The notes under the pieces are model-generated. The model did not search any database. It worked only from the letters and a program-made list of their open reading frames with translations, and was not told the origin of the DNA. Positions 11,404 to 26,077 of a stretch of DNA of 64,000 nucleotides are shown here, one piece after another. The position numbers and the translations under genes were made by a program. This stretch comes from Lophium mytilinum (Eukaryota), in NCBI GenBank assembly GCA_010093605.1, contig MU004189.1, positions 193,834 through 257,833 on the forward strand, written 5' to 3'. Numbering within the stretch: the first letter of the stretch is position 1; each line of letters opens with the position of its first letter.

Positions 11404-13285
11404 ATGAAGACTATCTCTAATGTCTACGCCGTGTGTGGCTTCGCTGCCATTGGTATGCATATCCTGATCCGTGTGTTTCATTCTTGATTCGCCACTGACA
11501 ATCACAGGCGGCGGCCTCTTTGGAATGGACATTGCAACTATGAGCGGAGTCTTGGGCACCGAGTCCTACAGGAGATATTTCAACCACCCGGTCTCTTTCA
11601 CCCAGGGCTCCATAACTGCCTCCATGCCCATAGGCTCCATCTTCGGTGCCTTGTCTTCCTCCTTCGTCTCAGATCGTTTCTCGCGTAAAATCGCCATCCA
11701 GGTCTCATGTCTGCTCTGGATCCTTGGATCTGCGTACGTCTTGCCTTTCTCGTGACTTTCCAATTTCTAACCCCCATCAGCATCCAAAGCGGGGCCAACG
11801 GTATTCCAGCTCTTTGCGTAGGTCGCTTCATTTCCGGTGTCGGTGTCGGTGCTGCATCAGCCATCGTACCAGTGTACCAAGCCGAAATCGCCCCCAAGGA
11901 AATCCGAGGCCGCATTATCACGCTTCAGCAATGGGCTATCACCTGGGGTATCTTGATCCAGTATTTTATCCAGTACGGCTGCTCATTCGTCGATGGTGGC
12001 GCCAAGAACCCTACGCAGAGCACTGCTGCTTTCCGCATCCCTTGGGGTCTGCAGTCCATCCCAGCCTTCATTCTCTGTATTGGCTTGATGTGGTTCCCGT
12101 ACTCTCCGCGCTGGCTCGCGTCACAAGATCGTTGGGAAGAAGCCATCACCGTGCTTGCTGACCTCCATGCCGGTGGCAATTTGAAACATCCCAAAGTTCT
12201 AGCTCAGTATCGCGAAATCGAGGAAGCACTCCGCTTTGAAAAGGAATGCCGTGCAGCAGGATGGGCCGCACTCGCTGATCGCAAAATGGCGAAACGCCTC
12301 GTTATAGGCACGTCCATCCAAATGTTCTCAGAGCTGTCTGGGATGAATGTCATGATGTACGCGCATTTCGCTTTCACATACTAAGTCTACAAACGAACAC
12401 TCCTAACCCGACCCCAGGTACTACATCGTCTACATCATGGAATCCGCCAACATCGGCTCCCCCCTACTAACCGCCAGCATCCAATACATCATCAACGTCG
12501 CCATCACCCTCCCCGCAATCCTCTACATCGACCGCTGGGGCCGGCGCCCCACCCTCCTCCTCGGCTCCCTCAGCATGGCCACCCTCCTCTTCATCTCGGG
12601 CGCGCTCCAAGCCGGCTACGGCTCGCCCATCCCGCGCTCCCACTCCCCCGACGCCGCCCTCAGCTGGCACATCGCCGGCAACCCGCCCGTCTCCAAAGCC
12701 ATCGTTGCCTGCTCCTACCTCTTCGTCGCCACCTTCGCCACCACCTGGGGCCCCGTCAGCTGGACCTACCCGGCCGAGATCTTCCCCAACCGCATCCGCG
12801 CGAAGGCGACGAGCATCACGACGGCCGCGAACTGGATCTTCAACGCCGCGCTGGCGTTTGCGGTGCCGCCGCTGCTCTACAGCATTAATTGGAAGATGTA
12901 TATGATCTTTGGCACGTTTAATATGGTAGCGTTTATTCAGGTGTTCTTGATGGTGCCGGAGACGAAGAATTTCACGCTTGAGGAGATGGATGTGGTGTTT
13001 GAGGGCAGGCCGTGGGCGAAGGAGCGCCCGAGGGAGAGTAATCTGGATGATTTGGAGCAGCAGATTGCGTGTGGGGCGCTGGATGTGGATATCAGGAAGG
13101 AGGGCGTGGTGACGATGCTTGGGGATGTGGGGAGTATGGGGAAAGGGGGGAGAGATGGGAAGGCGAGTTCGCTGAGTGGGAGTGAGGACCAGAAGCCGAT
13201 CATGGTGGAGACGGCGATTGAGATGACGAGTCGGCCGCGGAGTAGCTATGAGAGTGATGCGAGGCTTAGGGAGAGGGAGTTTTGA
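11404..13285 (+). CDS. MFS sugar porter, high-affinity glucose transporter (HGT1-like), 4 exons
   Basis: GGGLFGMDI, SDRFSRK, GRFISGVGVG, VPVYQAEIAPKEIRG, PYSPRWL, IDRWGRR, WGPVSWTYPAEIFP and VPETKN motifs; canonical introns. Confidence 0.93.
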
Positions 13286-15888
13286 TGCATGGGAAAGAGG
13301 GTTTTTCTTTGGGTTGGGCGGTTCATTTGTTTCGGGTGGCGTTTGGAAGCGCGGGTTTTGGGTGGGGCTGGGATTGATATCCATGGACGCTATATGTGTA
13401 AGAATCAATGTGAAAATTGAAGGTTAGGATTTCGAGATCTCACGCTGCAATTTAACGTAACGGTAAATGCACGTGCTCGGCACGTGTCGTGCTTTGCCTT
13501 CGCTCAGCTTTCCTTTCCTCGACTATAAGAACCCTCCCTCCCCCTTTCTAAGACTCCACAGACAGACTTGACAGACATTCCCTCAAGACTCATCACTCCA
13601 ACCTTTATGGCTGGAAGTGGTTCGCGGGAGCAGCAAAATTAAGTCCAACTTCGAGCAATGGCTCGGTGGAGGTGTGAGGTGGATCAATCGCTTCGACGAT
13701 CCCTTCATGGTGGAGAGGTGTAAATCGAAGAAGCTAAAAGCCTATGGCTGGGTGGAGGAGTGGTGGATCGACTAGCACAATGCTCGGTGCTAGAGGCCAA
13801 TGGAGGGAATAAAGATGCATCGGAGACGGTCCATGGGTGGAGATTGGTGGTGGGACAACGCTTCCGATCGTCAATTTGATGGGATGGAGCGGAGTGCAAA
13901 AGGACGACAAGTTGCATATGATGGTGGGGATGTGGTGGATTCGGCGATGTTTAGTAATGAAGAGCAAGGTTAGGGGATGGAGATGGTGGAGATGAGGAGA
14001 TGGTGATGTTGTGGTGCGTTGCTATGGGATAGGTATGGTAAGCTTTGAAACAGTAATGAGGTAGGGTTTGGTAGTATCTCAATCTTCTGATCGTCGTCAT
14101 TACGAGTAGATAGGCGAAAGACGCTGCCACGCGACACGCCCATGCATTCACTGGCTTTGCCGTTTCAAACGCTCCAACACTCAACCCCCTCCCATAGCGA
14201 TCTTCAGGTCTTGATATCAAGGAGTCCCAGGAATTGCCCAATGTTCGTCTTCTGCGCGGCTTCACACACCTGCCTCCCCACTCCTTGCCCGTGGAGAAAA
14301 GCTAGACGGCTGCAACAGCGAGGTTTTATACAAGTGTTGAATTGGCTGAGTTGAAGGTCACGTCGCTAGCCCACGAGCTGATAATGTGATGAACGTGACT
14401 CCCCCTACCACTTTAGACTCATCGGAGCTCTTGGCCTCCTGAACTGACCAACCTGTTTCACGTGCTGATAGTCGACCCCGTGCGCACCTAATTTTTACCC
14501 CGTCGCCAAATATATAAACCCCTCCCACCTCCTTCGTTTTTCCAACCAGAGGAGGATCGCAGCCATCAGGCTCGCAGCAACAGGAGATAGAGCTAGCGGC
14601 CATGTTGGCATAGTCGTCCTGAGTTGCTCGTCCTACAACTACCTCCACGATTTCCGGGATCCACCGGGTGGTGGGGGTCATTTGGTGAAGGAGTAACCAT
14701 GACCATCATGCAGACTCGTGTCAGGGGGAGAGTGGTGGTGGGGACAAAACGGGAGAAGATGCCGTTGATGGGGTAGAGAGATCAAATTGCTTCGCTGACA
14801 CTTCTGATGAGGTAGTAAAACTTCGTTTACTCCCTCGGACGTATGGAGAGCCGGGGGAGTAGAATTAAGCACAATCTTCGATAAATGGCTGCAGGCGGAG
14901 GAGCTGGGGTGGTGTTTAGTAAGGAGAAGAGTGGTGATGATGGGAAGAAGTAATTAGAGAAGATGGTAAGATGAAAGAAAAGAGTTTATCAAGGAGCACT
15001 AGTCGTCTATTTATACAGTGTAGAGTTTCGGCACGGTAAAAGTATCACGTTTCCTATCGTCTTAAACATACTGCCCATCCCTATTGTTATTCAATAGCTC
15101 CCAACGCAGCTCCCTATATGCCCCCATAACAAGAATCGCAAACCGATTTGGAAGACCCCAATACTCTCTCCTATAAGACTCCTTCGAAACTAGTCTTGAA
15201 TCCTCCGCCCACCGCTTGTTTGTGAAGAAACGTTGAGACCCCTCGCTCCGCTCCCGCTGGCTTATCGCACATTACTAGTTGTTCACGTGTGTTTTGGGGG
15301 AGAGACCAAATCGCACAGCTAGAGGCTAATGGCCAGGTGAGACTTGGTGCGGGGAGCAAACGGTGCGCTTCAGGTACGAATAGATTGATAAAGAAAGGTC
15401 CTCGATGGACGAGGACGAAAAGCAGCCGGTATTAATTTTCATGGCTGGGTAGAGCTAGAGTGGGGGGGAACGGTAGCGGTAATTGATGATGATGGTCGGT
15501 ATTGGAGTAGGAAACAGTGAGCCTCTCGTAATGCAAAAGCTTTGAAAGATGAGAATGTATGAATGCGATGATCTTTAGAGACTCGGAGAGTGAGATTTAG
15601 CTCTACCTTAGAGTGGTGCTCAGCATCTTTCATCTCGATATGGCGGCGAGAACAACCACACCCACACCCACGACGACTTTGATCTGGTCGTAACAAGCAC
15701 TCTGCCAACGACAAACTGCCATGGTTGGACTTTATTCCCATTTTTTTTAAATAGACACCCAGCAGCATTCTGAAGAAGAATCGGGAAGCTTTGAGAGGAC
15801 AAGCTTTTATTCTTTCCAAGTAAAACAGCCAGCTTGCAAAATGACTACGCAATCATCCGCGTGATCCGCTTCCCTGCTATACATTCTC

Positions 15889-17973
15889 TTACATCCAACT
15901 CACCCAACACCACGCACCAAGTACCACCAATCCTAATAATAGAATTAGGACTCCCATCAAACAGCCTGTCGCAACCCTGTCCCCCGCCCCCTTATACCCA
16001 ACGTTGACCCAGGTCGACCCAAAGAACGTCCACAGCAACGTCGCCAGCACGCTCAGTGCTAAGACAAGCGCGATCGCAAAGAGAATTCGCTTCCAGCGCC
16101 AGCGGTGTGTGAAGACGATCCCAGTCATGAGATTTGCGTCCATCTCAGGAGCTGGAGAAGGCGGTAACTCCTTCTCTCCATTCTCAGCCAGATTTTGGAG
16201 TGGTTGGGCGGAATACGAGGAAGAGATAGGGGTTTTCGATGCAGCAACGCGACGCGCCCAGTGAACCCACGCATACCTCGCCTTCCCTGTCTTCGGACTC
16301 CAATACAACTCCCACAATTTGGCCTCCGAGAACGTGTTGCTGGTATCTCGCGCCGCGAGCAACCTCCCAGCTCCGGCACGACTACCTCCTCTTAATCCAC
16401 TCTCTCCTCCAGCATAAGTGGAAATCCCCCCCGACCAACCGCTCCATACTCCCACTTCCACAGTCCCCAAACCTCTCGCACTTCCCCACCTCCGCCACCA
16501 CGGGCCTACCATCTTTCTATAACCCTCCCTCAACTGCGTCGCCAACACCTCATCATCAAAATCCAGCGTCTCAAACTCCCTTTCCGCAGCTCTCGGGCTT
16601 TTGACCCCTTCCCCAACCCTCTTACCCCCGACCCAGAGCCCCTTATCGCGTCCCCTCTGCACAACCTGCAGCGTCAAGCTCGCCGGGATCGCAATCTCCG
16701 CCGTCTTGTTTGCCATTTTACCCGCTCTCTTCGTCAGCGAGAGGTACAACACCGACTCTCCCTGCTTCCCGCCCGAGTCCCCCGACGCCGCGGTAGCGTC
16801 AGAGCGGGAATTGGACCCCAACCCGCCGCGTGACGACTTTTTGGTGTTGGAGGAATGCTCGCGAAACGAGTGCTTATGCCCCCTCACCCTCACTCGATCC
16901 GCTGATAGAGGGGTCGGATGGCTCGCGCTCCGCTGTACACCCCTAGGTTTCGGGAACGTCTTATGCGGGCTGAATGGATAAGGCGTGCGTATGAAGTGCG
17001 CGGGTAGGTCCTTCGGCCTCTCGTGATTAGGAGGTGGGCCGGGAGGTTGGATCTGTAGTTTCATGTTCCTTGATTTCTTCGCCATCTCGTGCGCTGGGGC
17101 CGATTGCGAGCGTGTTCGGGAGTGGAGGTGGGTTGGGCGCGAGTGTTTCGATCGAGGTGGAGGAAGGGGTGCATGAGGAGAGAAGGTATATGTGAGAGAT
17201 GCGATGTCGATGTTGCGATTGTGGGTGGGGGAGCGAGAGCGAGAGCGCGCAGGGCGTTGGGGGGTGTCGCGGGATGGAGTGTACTGTTGGTGCTGCAAGC
17301 TCATCGTGCGGCCGGTCGCAGGCCTCTTCTCTCCGCTTCCCGCTTCGTTTGAGTGCCGCGTTTCCAACGCGCGCATCGTGATGGCGTGCGCACTGAGGAT
17401 CGGGTCTTGCTCATTTGTGAAAGGGAGGGAGAGGTCGAGGGAGTAGGGTAGAGCCAAGGCAGAAGGTGACGTAGGAGATCTCGAGGCAGATTCTGTGTAG
17501 GAGCCGGAGTTGCGGGGCGTAGTAGTCGTTACGAGACGACTGGGGCCCGGACGGTGGATGGACATGTGGCGTGCTTGAATGGGAGAGGTGTTGAGAGAGG
17601 TGAGAGATGGGGTAGAGGGGATGTCTGAGAGTTGTTAAACTTTTACGCAGGTTACGCTACAGGTAGGAAACGGACCATCATGGTGGTAGATAGTTGCATG
17701 CCCGAGGTCCTTTCCTTCTGCTCTACGTTCGCCAGAGCTATTCGCTGTAGCGTGAGCATCTTGACTCATCTGATGTAAGTCCATCGGTAATTCATCGTCA
17801 GAGGAATCGTCAAAGAAGTTGGCACCCGGCGACATTGATGTCTGTATTGAGCGTTCCATCTCCGGATGTATGCTCTGCTTTCTCCCAATAGACCCCTCCA
17901 CGACTCGCGGGGAGCTTGCCGGGGAGCTCGAAAGTCGAGAATTGGAGTCGAGAATGACTGGTGGCAGGGCCAT
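15889..17973 (-). CDS. Fungal hypothetical membrane protein (disordered Ser/Pro-rich N-terminus, two C-terminal TM helices); 2 exons
   Basis: ORF 17635-17973 joins ORF 15889-17565 in frame through a 51-nt intron at 17625-17675 (GTCCGT...TTAAC...CAG). The C-terminus has hydrophobic segments ILFAIALVLALSVLATLLW and LMGVLILLLGLVVLGAW. Confidence 0.7.
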
Positions 17974-18660
17974 TGGGTCGGTACAGTGAGACGCTTTGGA
18001 ATATGAAACAAAGGGGCCGGAGAATTAGTTTATACTGTAACGAAGGACTCGTGATGCCAAAAAAATTGAATAGATGGTGAGGCAAAATGGCGAATGAAAC
18101 CGTGGCTTGAAAGCATCAAAGGCAAAACAAAGAAACACGCTACAAGGGTATTGCGATGGCATATCTTTGTGGGAAGCTTATTACGCATTCCTTCCCTGAC
18201 GATCTTTGCTTTTTGCGAGTAGTTATTTACCGTGGAATGAGGAGGCTACAAGCGAGCCGGAAATGGAAGTAAATTTAGGCGCATCGCGATGTGAGATGCA
18301 TGACCAAGTACGAAAGGAAAAAGAAGAGTTTCTTGACTGTATCTTGAGATTGTTTGCAATACTAAAAGTATGTGTTCGGCCATGGTTCGGGTCTAGTAGC
18401 TATGGAGGTGCAAGAGGAATCAGAATTATTGATCACAGAACGTTGTGCCATGAGCATGTAGCTCTGCTATACTAACAGAGTGACTTCCGTGAACGCCATT
18501 CCTAATGATCGCTACTAGGATATAAAAAAGATAGGAAGTTTCGTGGCGTGCAAGAATTATCCACGTCGGTTGGGCAATATATGCCCACAGTGTGGATAGA
18601 GAGGGGGCGCAATGTGACATTATGGCAAGGTAAATAACCAAGCTTAAGCAAACAAGCAGC

Positions 18661-19799
18661 TCAAGCATTGAGGACTTGTCTTGAAGCCGGCTCTCGCTCG
18701 ATCTCGTACTCGATTTCCCGCCGGGGTCCTTTGGAAGGCTTCTTCTTCGGTTTTGGTGGCGGTGCGGCAGGTCGTTTGCGCTTGAGGTTTCCAAGGACTT
18801 TCTTAAGAGCTTCAACCTCCTCGCCTTCATCCTCGCCGTCATCCTCACTTGCACTGCCGCTCTCGTCGTCGTCCTCCACATCCTCGTCACTAGACTCCTC
18901 GTCCCCACTCTCTCCGTCCATCCAGTCATCAAAGTCCTCCATATCGCCATACTCATCATCTGACTCGCCCTCAATGTCACTCACATACTCGACTTCACCC
19001 CCGCCTAGCTCTTTCTCGTACTCGCCCTCAATCTCTTCGACCTCCTCTTCAATGCCATCATCGAGATCTTCATCGCGAGTTGCTTCTCCGCTTCTCTCTA
19101 GACTATAAACTCATTAGCATACGAATCAAACAGTAACAAGTTGCGTGAGCAACTAACCCCTTCATGACCTTCTTCCACACATTTGGCTCCACGTTCAACG
19201 GTCGGTCTCCATACGCCCCACTCCTCAACCTCTCGACCAATACTCTCTCAATCGCCCTCTCGACCTTCGCCGCAGCCTCTGCCTTCCGCTCTCTAGTTTC
19301 CTCCCGCCTCCGCACCTTCGGCGCTAGCTTCGGCACCAGCTTCTCTCCCAACCTCTCCTGCTCCCGGGCCAATTTCCGCGTCCGAATCGCAACCTGTGTC
19401 AGTCGCGTCAAGCGCTGCTTGCACTTATGTAGGAGGAATTTGGGCCAGTAGATCAGTTGCGCGTCAATTTGAGCGAGCGCGGTCGCATAGTTGGAAGAAA
19501 GCTTGATCCGCTGCCACCATCGATTTGGGAGATGGGCGCGCTCGACAGTCTTGATGTAGAGGTAGAGCACGCCGGTTTCGGGATGCGGGCGGAGTGTGGC
19601 ATAACGGGAATTGGAAAGCGGGCAGGACTGCTTCGTGCACAGCCCGGTAACGTTGTATTCGTTTCGACAGAAAGTTTGGTCTTTGGTGGTTCTAAGGAAA
19701 TTAGCTTTTAGATGTGCAGGGGAAGAGGCATACGCACTTGACTTTGTAGGAGCAAAACTGGTTGCCAATTATATTCCAGACTAGGTCGTCGGACGCCAT
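18661..19799 (-). CDS. MAK16: 60S ribosome biogenesis protein Mak16
   Basis: [20 protein letters not shown]/...[12 protein letters not shown]...[42 protein letters not shown], acidic tail ending EIEYE. Confidence 0.96.
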
Positions 19800-20032
19800 G
19801 TTTGCGTGGTTCTGCTGTGGTTTCTAGCCGTTGGATTTGAGGCTGGAGAAAAATGCGGGAGACGAAGAAATCTGAAATCTTGGCGTCGGTCGGCGAAACT
19901 AAATTTCCGGTCGATTTCTGTACGGCAGACTAAAGCGCCCAAAACATAGGGATGGTATGCCGCACACCTCCGTCCATCTCCGCACTTCAACAACCTAAGC
20001 TGCACCCCCCTCCTCGGAATCTGGAGCCGACC

Positions 20033-20830
20033 ATGTACTCCCAGCGCCAGCACGCATATGCACCCACCCCATATGTCCCCCGAGCGAACTTGTCCGCTAA
20101 TATCAATCTCGATGAAGTAAATCACATGGGCCACCCCCAACAATCGTCTCTGACCTAATTCTAGGAAGTCAAGCTCTCAGCAACGAGCGCGGAGCGCGAC
20201 CTTTACGACTCCCTCGCCGAGATATACAGCATAATAATCACCCTTGACGCGCTCGAGAAAGCGTACCTTAAAGACTCGATACCCGAGAGCGAGTACACCG
20301 AAACATGTAGTCGACTCTTGAAACAATATAAGTCTAGTTTAGCAGACGAAAGCGTAGCAGCTGCGTTTGGCCGTCTTGAGAACTTCAAACGGGAGTGGGA
20401 TGTACGTTAATTACACCGTTTCTCGATAATGTTTCCAATGTCAACATTACTTCAGATTGAAGCCCCTCGAGCCACCGAGCGCATACGCATAGGCCTACCC
20501 GAAACCACCAGCAAACAAGTCGACCCCAATGCCTCTGCCGACGTGACCCTCGTTGTCAATGCTACCGAGAACTTTATCACCCTTCTCGACGCTATTAAGA
20601 TTGGGCTAGTCGAGAAGGACACGTTGCACCCCCTGTTGGTTGATATTATTCAGTCGGTGAATAAAGTCACAGATAAAGACTTCGACAACAAGGGCAAGAT
20701 CATACAGTGGCTCATCACTCTGAACCAGATGCGTGCATCCCAGAAGCTGGATGAAGATCAAATGCGGGAGTTCCAGTTCGAAATGGACCAAGCATATTAT
20801 GGCTTTAAGCAGATCTTGAAGGGTGATTGA
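20033..20830 (+). CDS. VPS28: ESCRT-I subunit Vps28
   Basis: INLDE/EVKL...DSLAEIYSIIITLDALEKAYLKD, PRATERIRIG, ATENFITLLDAIK, LHPLL, WLITLNQM. Head-to-head with MAK16 across about 230 bp. Confidence 0.95.
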
Positions 20831-22201
20831 AGGAAAATGTGCGTATATTCGAGGATCAAGAGATGTCTCCCGCGAATGCCGATCAAAAGCAGGAAGCGTC
20901 AGGCAGGTGATGTGCAAAGCTTGATAAGTTTGCAAATACCCTGGTATATCGGTCGCCTCTAGAGCTACGAAAAGCCCCAGCCAACGTGCCCCAGTCACGG
21001 CTCAAATCTTCTCACAAAGGCGAATAACGCCATAAAACGAGCCAATGAATGCAGAACCAAGCGACGAGAGAGCAGATACAGCTAGTAAAATTACCACCTA
21101 TCACCCGTGTTCTACTCCTTCGCGTCTCTCGCCGATATTTCCACTGAGCCGTCGCGAAACCTCTATATCTGTGCTTGCATTCTTGAGGTCCTCGCAATGA
21201 GCAAAATATATCGTGCTCTCTTTACAAATGCGATATGTCCCTTGCATCTCTTTTACGTGAAATGATTCGTTTAGGTCTAAGGATTGCCCTGGCACTCAAC
21301 CGTCTTCAGCGAGGGTCTCCGAATAGGTAATCTGTACTAGCCCAGACGATCTTACGGTTTCTTTTGGGACGTTAGCCATACACCTGGGACTCAAGTTCTT
21401 CCTCAAGTAGGAATGTTCGACTGCAGCACGAGTATTGAGATGCAGGCGTTTTCTCCGCACTTCTGCTAGTGATCAGCCGTTATTCCCGGTGCTTGTACTA
21501 CGGAATGTCTCAAGATGCTGCACGTTTCCCCGAGTCTTCAACCATGGAACTATGCCCGAAGTCATTCAGATCCCACAAGTCCTACAGAACGTAAGGGCCT
21601 GACTGATGGGCCATTGTCTTTCCCGACGCTAGTTCTCTCATGTTCTTGAATCATAGCTTCATACGAGGTTCTCCTAGTTATCGAAGAGCCATCCTGATCA
21701 GTTTGCGCTTGGCAGAGTGTTCTCCCGAGCATCTTCCTTGTCACAGTTGTGGAACACCGCTCAAAGCTCTCGAAACTGTACTCCTTTTCTCATGTATCTG
21801 TCGGGAGAACGCGACCGAGCTTCGATCTCAACTCTGCTGATCCAGAATCTAGCCGGAACCACTTCCCAAAACTTCAACTCGACTTCTGTCTACCAAACTT
21901 TGCAACGAGAACGGTGTTCTAGAGCAACGCCACAATCCCACGATGTCGTAATCTAGTCAAGTAAAGCGTCCGCATTGGTTGTCTCGTACCACAGCAACGG
22001 CTGGATCACGCTATTGCTGTCCGAAGACAAGACTTCGAGCCTCCTTTCACTTGGGGGCTTATAAGGGCTGACTACGTATGAATACCATAAGGGACCCCGT
22101 CTATGGCTATCTTTACCTATCCCTCAGTGATTCGTTCATTGAGTAGGCAGCCTAGTTCAAACTATTAACAGTCCTTCATTATCGCGAAACACTCGTTCAA
22201 G

Positions 22202-23033
22202 ATGCGCGTAACAGTTATTATCCATCTTCTCACCCTCCTTGCCCCCCTCGCTGTGGCCTTCCCGTCTTTCAATGACGCCGCTACACCAGTCAAGCGCAAC
22301 TTGATTCCGGATCCTGTCCGACCTTGTGAGTGAATCTTCACAAACTCCTTTACAGCCGCTGACCTAGACCGAAGTCACCGTCAAAGCCTTTGTCTCTCCC
22401 CACCCGGAGGGCGAGGGCCTCTCGGGCTACAACCTCATCGCACGCCACGGTCTCTTCTACCTCTCTAAGACTGGCCGCTCGGACTTCAAATGCAAGCCAT
22501 TGCACCGCGACTGTGGGCCTGACGTCGTGATCTTCGTGACTGGGCAGGGCGAAGCCTTCCTCGTATGCTCCCCTCCGCGTTTTCCCTTTCATCACTTCGA
22601 CTGACCCCTCTCTCCCCAGGACGTCCTCATTCCCGGCATTCAACAGCTGTACATCGATCCCGCCAGCGGCGCCCTCTCGTACTCCCCCGCACCTTTCAGC
22701 AAATTCTTTCCAGCTGCCGGCATCACGCCGTTCTTTACGCATATGGGGAGTAATCCGGCAGGGCTTGTGGCGACGGATCAGAATGGCACGCTGAGGAATT
22801 CACCTGCGACATTCAATTTCATTGGGAGTGGGTATGCGGCAAATGGGTACTGGTTTGCGTGCAAGGTACCCGGGGGCGATGATTATCAGGTCTTTACGTA
22901 TTTGACTGGATTTCAGTTTGAAGATTGCGAGAGTGGGATTGTGCTTGCAGCGTTGGATTTCGTTGGGCAGCCGTATATCTGGGAGTTCTTGATTTATTCA
23001 AGCACCATAAGACATCCTCCGAAGAAACGTTAA
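22202..23033 (+). CDS. Secreted protein of the fungal IgE-binding/cell-wall protein type; 3 exons
   Basis: Signal peptide MRVTVIIHLLTLLAPLAVA and a KR site, then FL/DVLIPGIQQLYIDPASGALSY and WFAC motifs. The first intron needs the AAG acceptor at about 22374 to stay in frame. Confidence 0.7.
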
Positions 23034-23507
23034 AGAGCGACTTCCTTAGTATTACATCACCCATTCCTCATATCCTCGTTGGATCCCTCTTCCCTCCCAC
23101 ACCTCCCAGATTTCCCTCGGCACCCCTCGCAGCTCATGATCGCTTCTTGGGTGGAGGAACGTCGATAAGACGATGAGATTATTGTATGCAATGCAAGAAC
23201 ACGGGAATGGCTACAGACTCGAACAAATAATAATTATTGTGATTAGCTCTTCCTCTTGTCCTTAGAAAAATCTTGAATAAACTACATCTGACCAATAAGC
23301 GTACCCTCTTTGTGTCAAAGCGCCCTTGCCTCCTTGACGTCTCACCTTTCACCAACGACATGCCGTCTTTCTCCATCAATGAACATCGAAAACCCACGAC
23401 GGCCGGACTGTTCAATGACTGTTAAGGCATGTATCTGATACTTGAAATGGATACTCAGCTTCGATGAGCAGATTTTCGTAACTTTGTTACTCCAAGCTTT
23501 GAGCATC

Positions 23508-25569
23508 ATGCCTCAATCATGGCGCTCCTCAGCTATTCACGGTGCCTACACTACTATTGCCCAAGCCGAAGAAACAGACGTGGAACTGCGGCCATTCAGA
23601 ACGTCTGTCGCTAGTGACGGTGCTCCTGAGAAGCCTGTTGATGCCTTTGATGAGGCTGGCAATGGAGCTGAGCCGACACTACAGGAGCGAGATAGGCTTC
23701 GCAGAGTTTCGGATAAGCTGCCATGGAGCGCGTTTTTGGTGGCTGTTGTTGAGTTTTGCGAACGATTTGCGTATTATGGTCTTTCGGGGCCTTTTCAAAA
23801 TTATATGGCGAATAGTTGGCACGACAAGAATGGACTGCCCGGGGCGTTAGGTATGCGAGATTATTATTTCGAAGTGTTCTCGGACTGATTTCATTTGTAG
23901 GACTCAATCAATCTGGGGCAACGGCTATGTCAAACTACTTTCAATTTTGGTGCTACTTGACTCCGATCATTGGTAGGTTCTCTGGCCTTACATGAAATGC
24001 ATGCTGACCGTTACAGGCGCCATTGTTGCAGACCAATATCTCGGAAAGTACTTGACTATCGTCTACTTCTCCATAATATATATGCTCGGCATCATCATCC
24101 TCTTCGTAACTTCACTCCCCATTTCCATCGAAAACGGCTACGCTTTTGGGGGGTTGATCGCCGCCATGGCTGTCATTGGCCTCGGAACAGGTGGCATCAA
24201 AGCCAACGTCTCGCCGCTTATCGCAGAACAGTACCAGACCAGCAAGCCCTTCGTCAGGACCCTCAGAGGGGGCGAAAAGGTGATTGTCGACCCAGCCGTC
24301 ACGATCCAGAGAATTTACATGATTTTTTACATGTGTATTAACCTCGGATCGCTGTCTGCTATCGCTACGACTAGTCTGGAGAAGAGTGTTGGTTTCTGGA
24401 GTGCTTATCTACTACCGTTGATTACGTTCATGGTCGGTTTCGTGGTGCTCATTTCGGGGAGAAAGAAATATGTTTTGCACCCTCCGAAAGGCGGTGTCGT
24501 CACGAACTGCTTCAAGGCGCTTTGGATTGGGATCATGAATAAGGGTAATCTTGATGCAGCTAAGCCTTCTTGTCAAGGGCACTTTCGACGCAGGTATACA
24601 ACGCCGTGGGATGACCGCTTTGTGGAAGAGCTGAAGCGGGCTGTGGTGGCTTGTAAGGTGTTTGCGTTCTATCCCATTTATTGGCTCGTGTATAATCAGA
24701 TGATGAATAACTTCATCTCTCAAGGTAGGTGTCTTTTCATTTTCTTTTTTTCGTCGATCGGTTTCCATCGGTCAGCTCTCAGATCTCAGTATTTCGCAGG
24801 ACTGTGTCTTTTCTAGCTTCCCTGCATCGTCAGTCTCATATTAGAACAACACTAACCCCTCCCAGCCGGCCAGACCCAACTTCACAACATACCAAACGAC
24901 ATAATGCAAAACATCGATCCCCTAACCATCCTCCTTTTCATCCCCCTCCTCGACCGTCTCCTATACCCCCTGCTCCGCCGCCTCTCCATCCCTTTCCCCC
25001 CAATCTCCCGTATCACCGCCGGCTTCGTCCTCGCCAGCCTCGCCATGCTCTATGCCGCCTTCGTCCAACACCTCATCTACGTCTCGCCTCCCTGCTATTC
25101 CCGCCCTTCCGCGTGCGAAGACGCTAAGCTTCCTTCCGGCGGGTTCAGGCCCAACGAGGTCCATGTCGCTGTCCAAACCCCGGCATATCTTCTAGTAGGC
25201 TTGAGTGAAATATTCGCGAGTGTGACGGGGCTAGAGTACGCGTATACGAAAGCACCAAGGAGTATGAAGAGTTTCATCATGGCGATGTTTTTGCTAACCA
25301 GTGCCGGGGGGAGTTTATTGGGGGTATTGCTGGCACCGAGTGCGAGAGATCCGTGGGTGGGGTGGATGTATACGGGACTGGCCGTGTTGTGTGCGGGAAC
25401 TGGGGCAATCTTTTGGTGGGTTTTTAGGGGGCTAAATGCGTTGGAAGAGGGGATGAATGGATTAGGTGAAGATGCGGCGAAGATGGGAGACGAGGGCGAT
25501 GAAGAAGAGGAGAGTTTTATCTCGGAGGCGGACAGAGAAAGGGACAGGGCGAGAGAGAGAGCGATCTAA
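23508..25569 (+). CDS. PTR2: POT/PTR2 family proton-dependent di/tripeptide transporter
   Basis: EFCERFAYYG (ExxERFxYY), GAIVADQYLGKY, GTGGIKANVSPL, FYMCINLG, GLSEIFASVTGLEYAYTKAP. Confidence 0.94.
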
Positions 25570-26077
25570 AGCCGTAAGCGAACGGATCAACTATTCACGA
25601 ATGCACTGGAGACCGTGGAACGAGTTTTGTCCCTTTGCCATGCCAAAGCTCTACCGAAGTCTGGTTCTAGGTATAGTAGATGAGGCTGAAGCTTTGCGGT
25701 GGTGAGTAAGGACCTGGAGAAGGTGCTGTGTTCCGCTTTTCAAAAGGTCGGATCATGCGCGGCAACCATGCAAATTGACGGTCGGCACGGCGACAGCGAT
25801 GGTGCTGGCGACGCAGTTCGCTACCTTGACTAGGAGCCAGAGTAGGTGTTCTGGAGGTGTGAGGAAATTATCTTCCACGGCAGAATCACCGCGACCGCCG
25901 GAGCCGCAACGGATTAATCGCGGCGGAGGTTTTTCCGGCGGGTGAGTCGAATTGAAGATGTTGGCTAGTGTGCTCCAACTTCCTCCATCCTCTGCCTCCA
26001 AGCTGCCCAAACTCCTTCAGCACCCCTTACGCCAAATCACAGAACAACCTCCTCACCATAAGATCCCGGGCGACGAG

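Noticed and set aside
9293..11407. Many overlapping ORFs, up to 307 aa, between Ric8 and the sugar transporter
   Set aside because: GC-rich intergenic DNA, Arg/Ala/Pro-rich translations and no recognisable motifs; likely spurious.
13700..15020. Short minus-strand ORFs, a TATA-like element near 15010, and a possible structured ncRNA such as telomerase RNA
   Set aside because: No homology recognised and no TAACCCTAA template seen; an unannotated lncRNA cannot be excluded.
21040..21960. Possible degenerate F-box-like fragment
   Set aside because: Only a few suggestive residues and no sustained frame.
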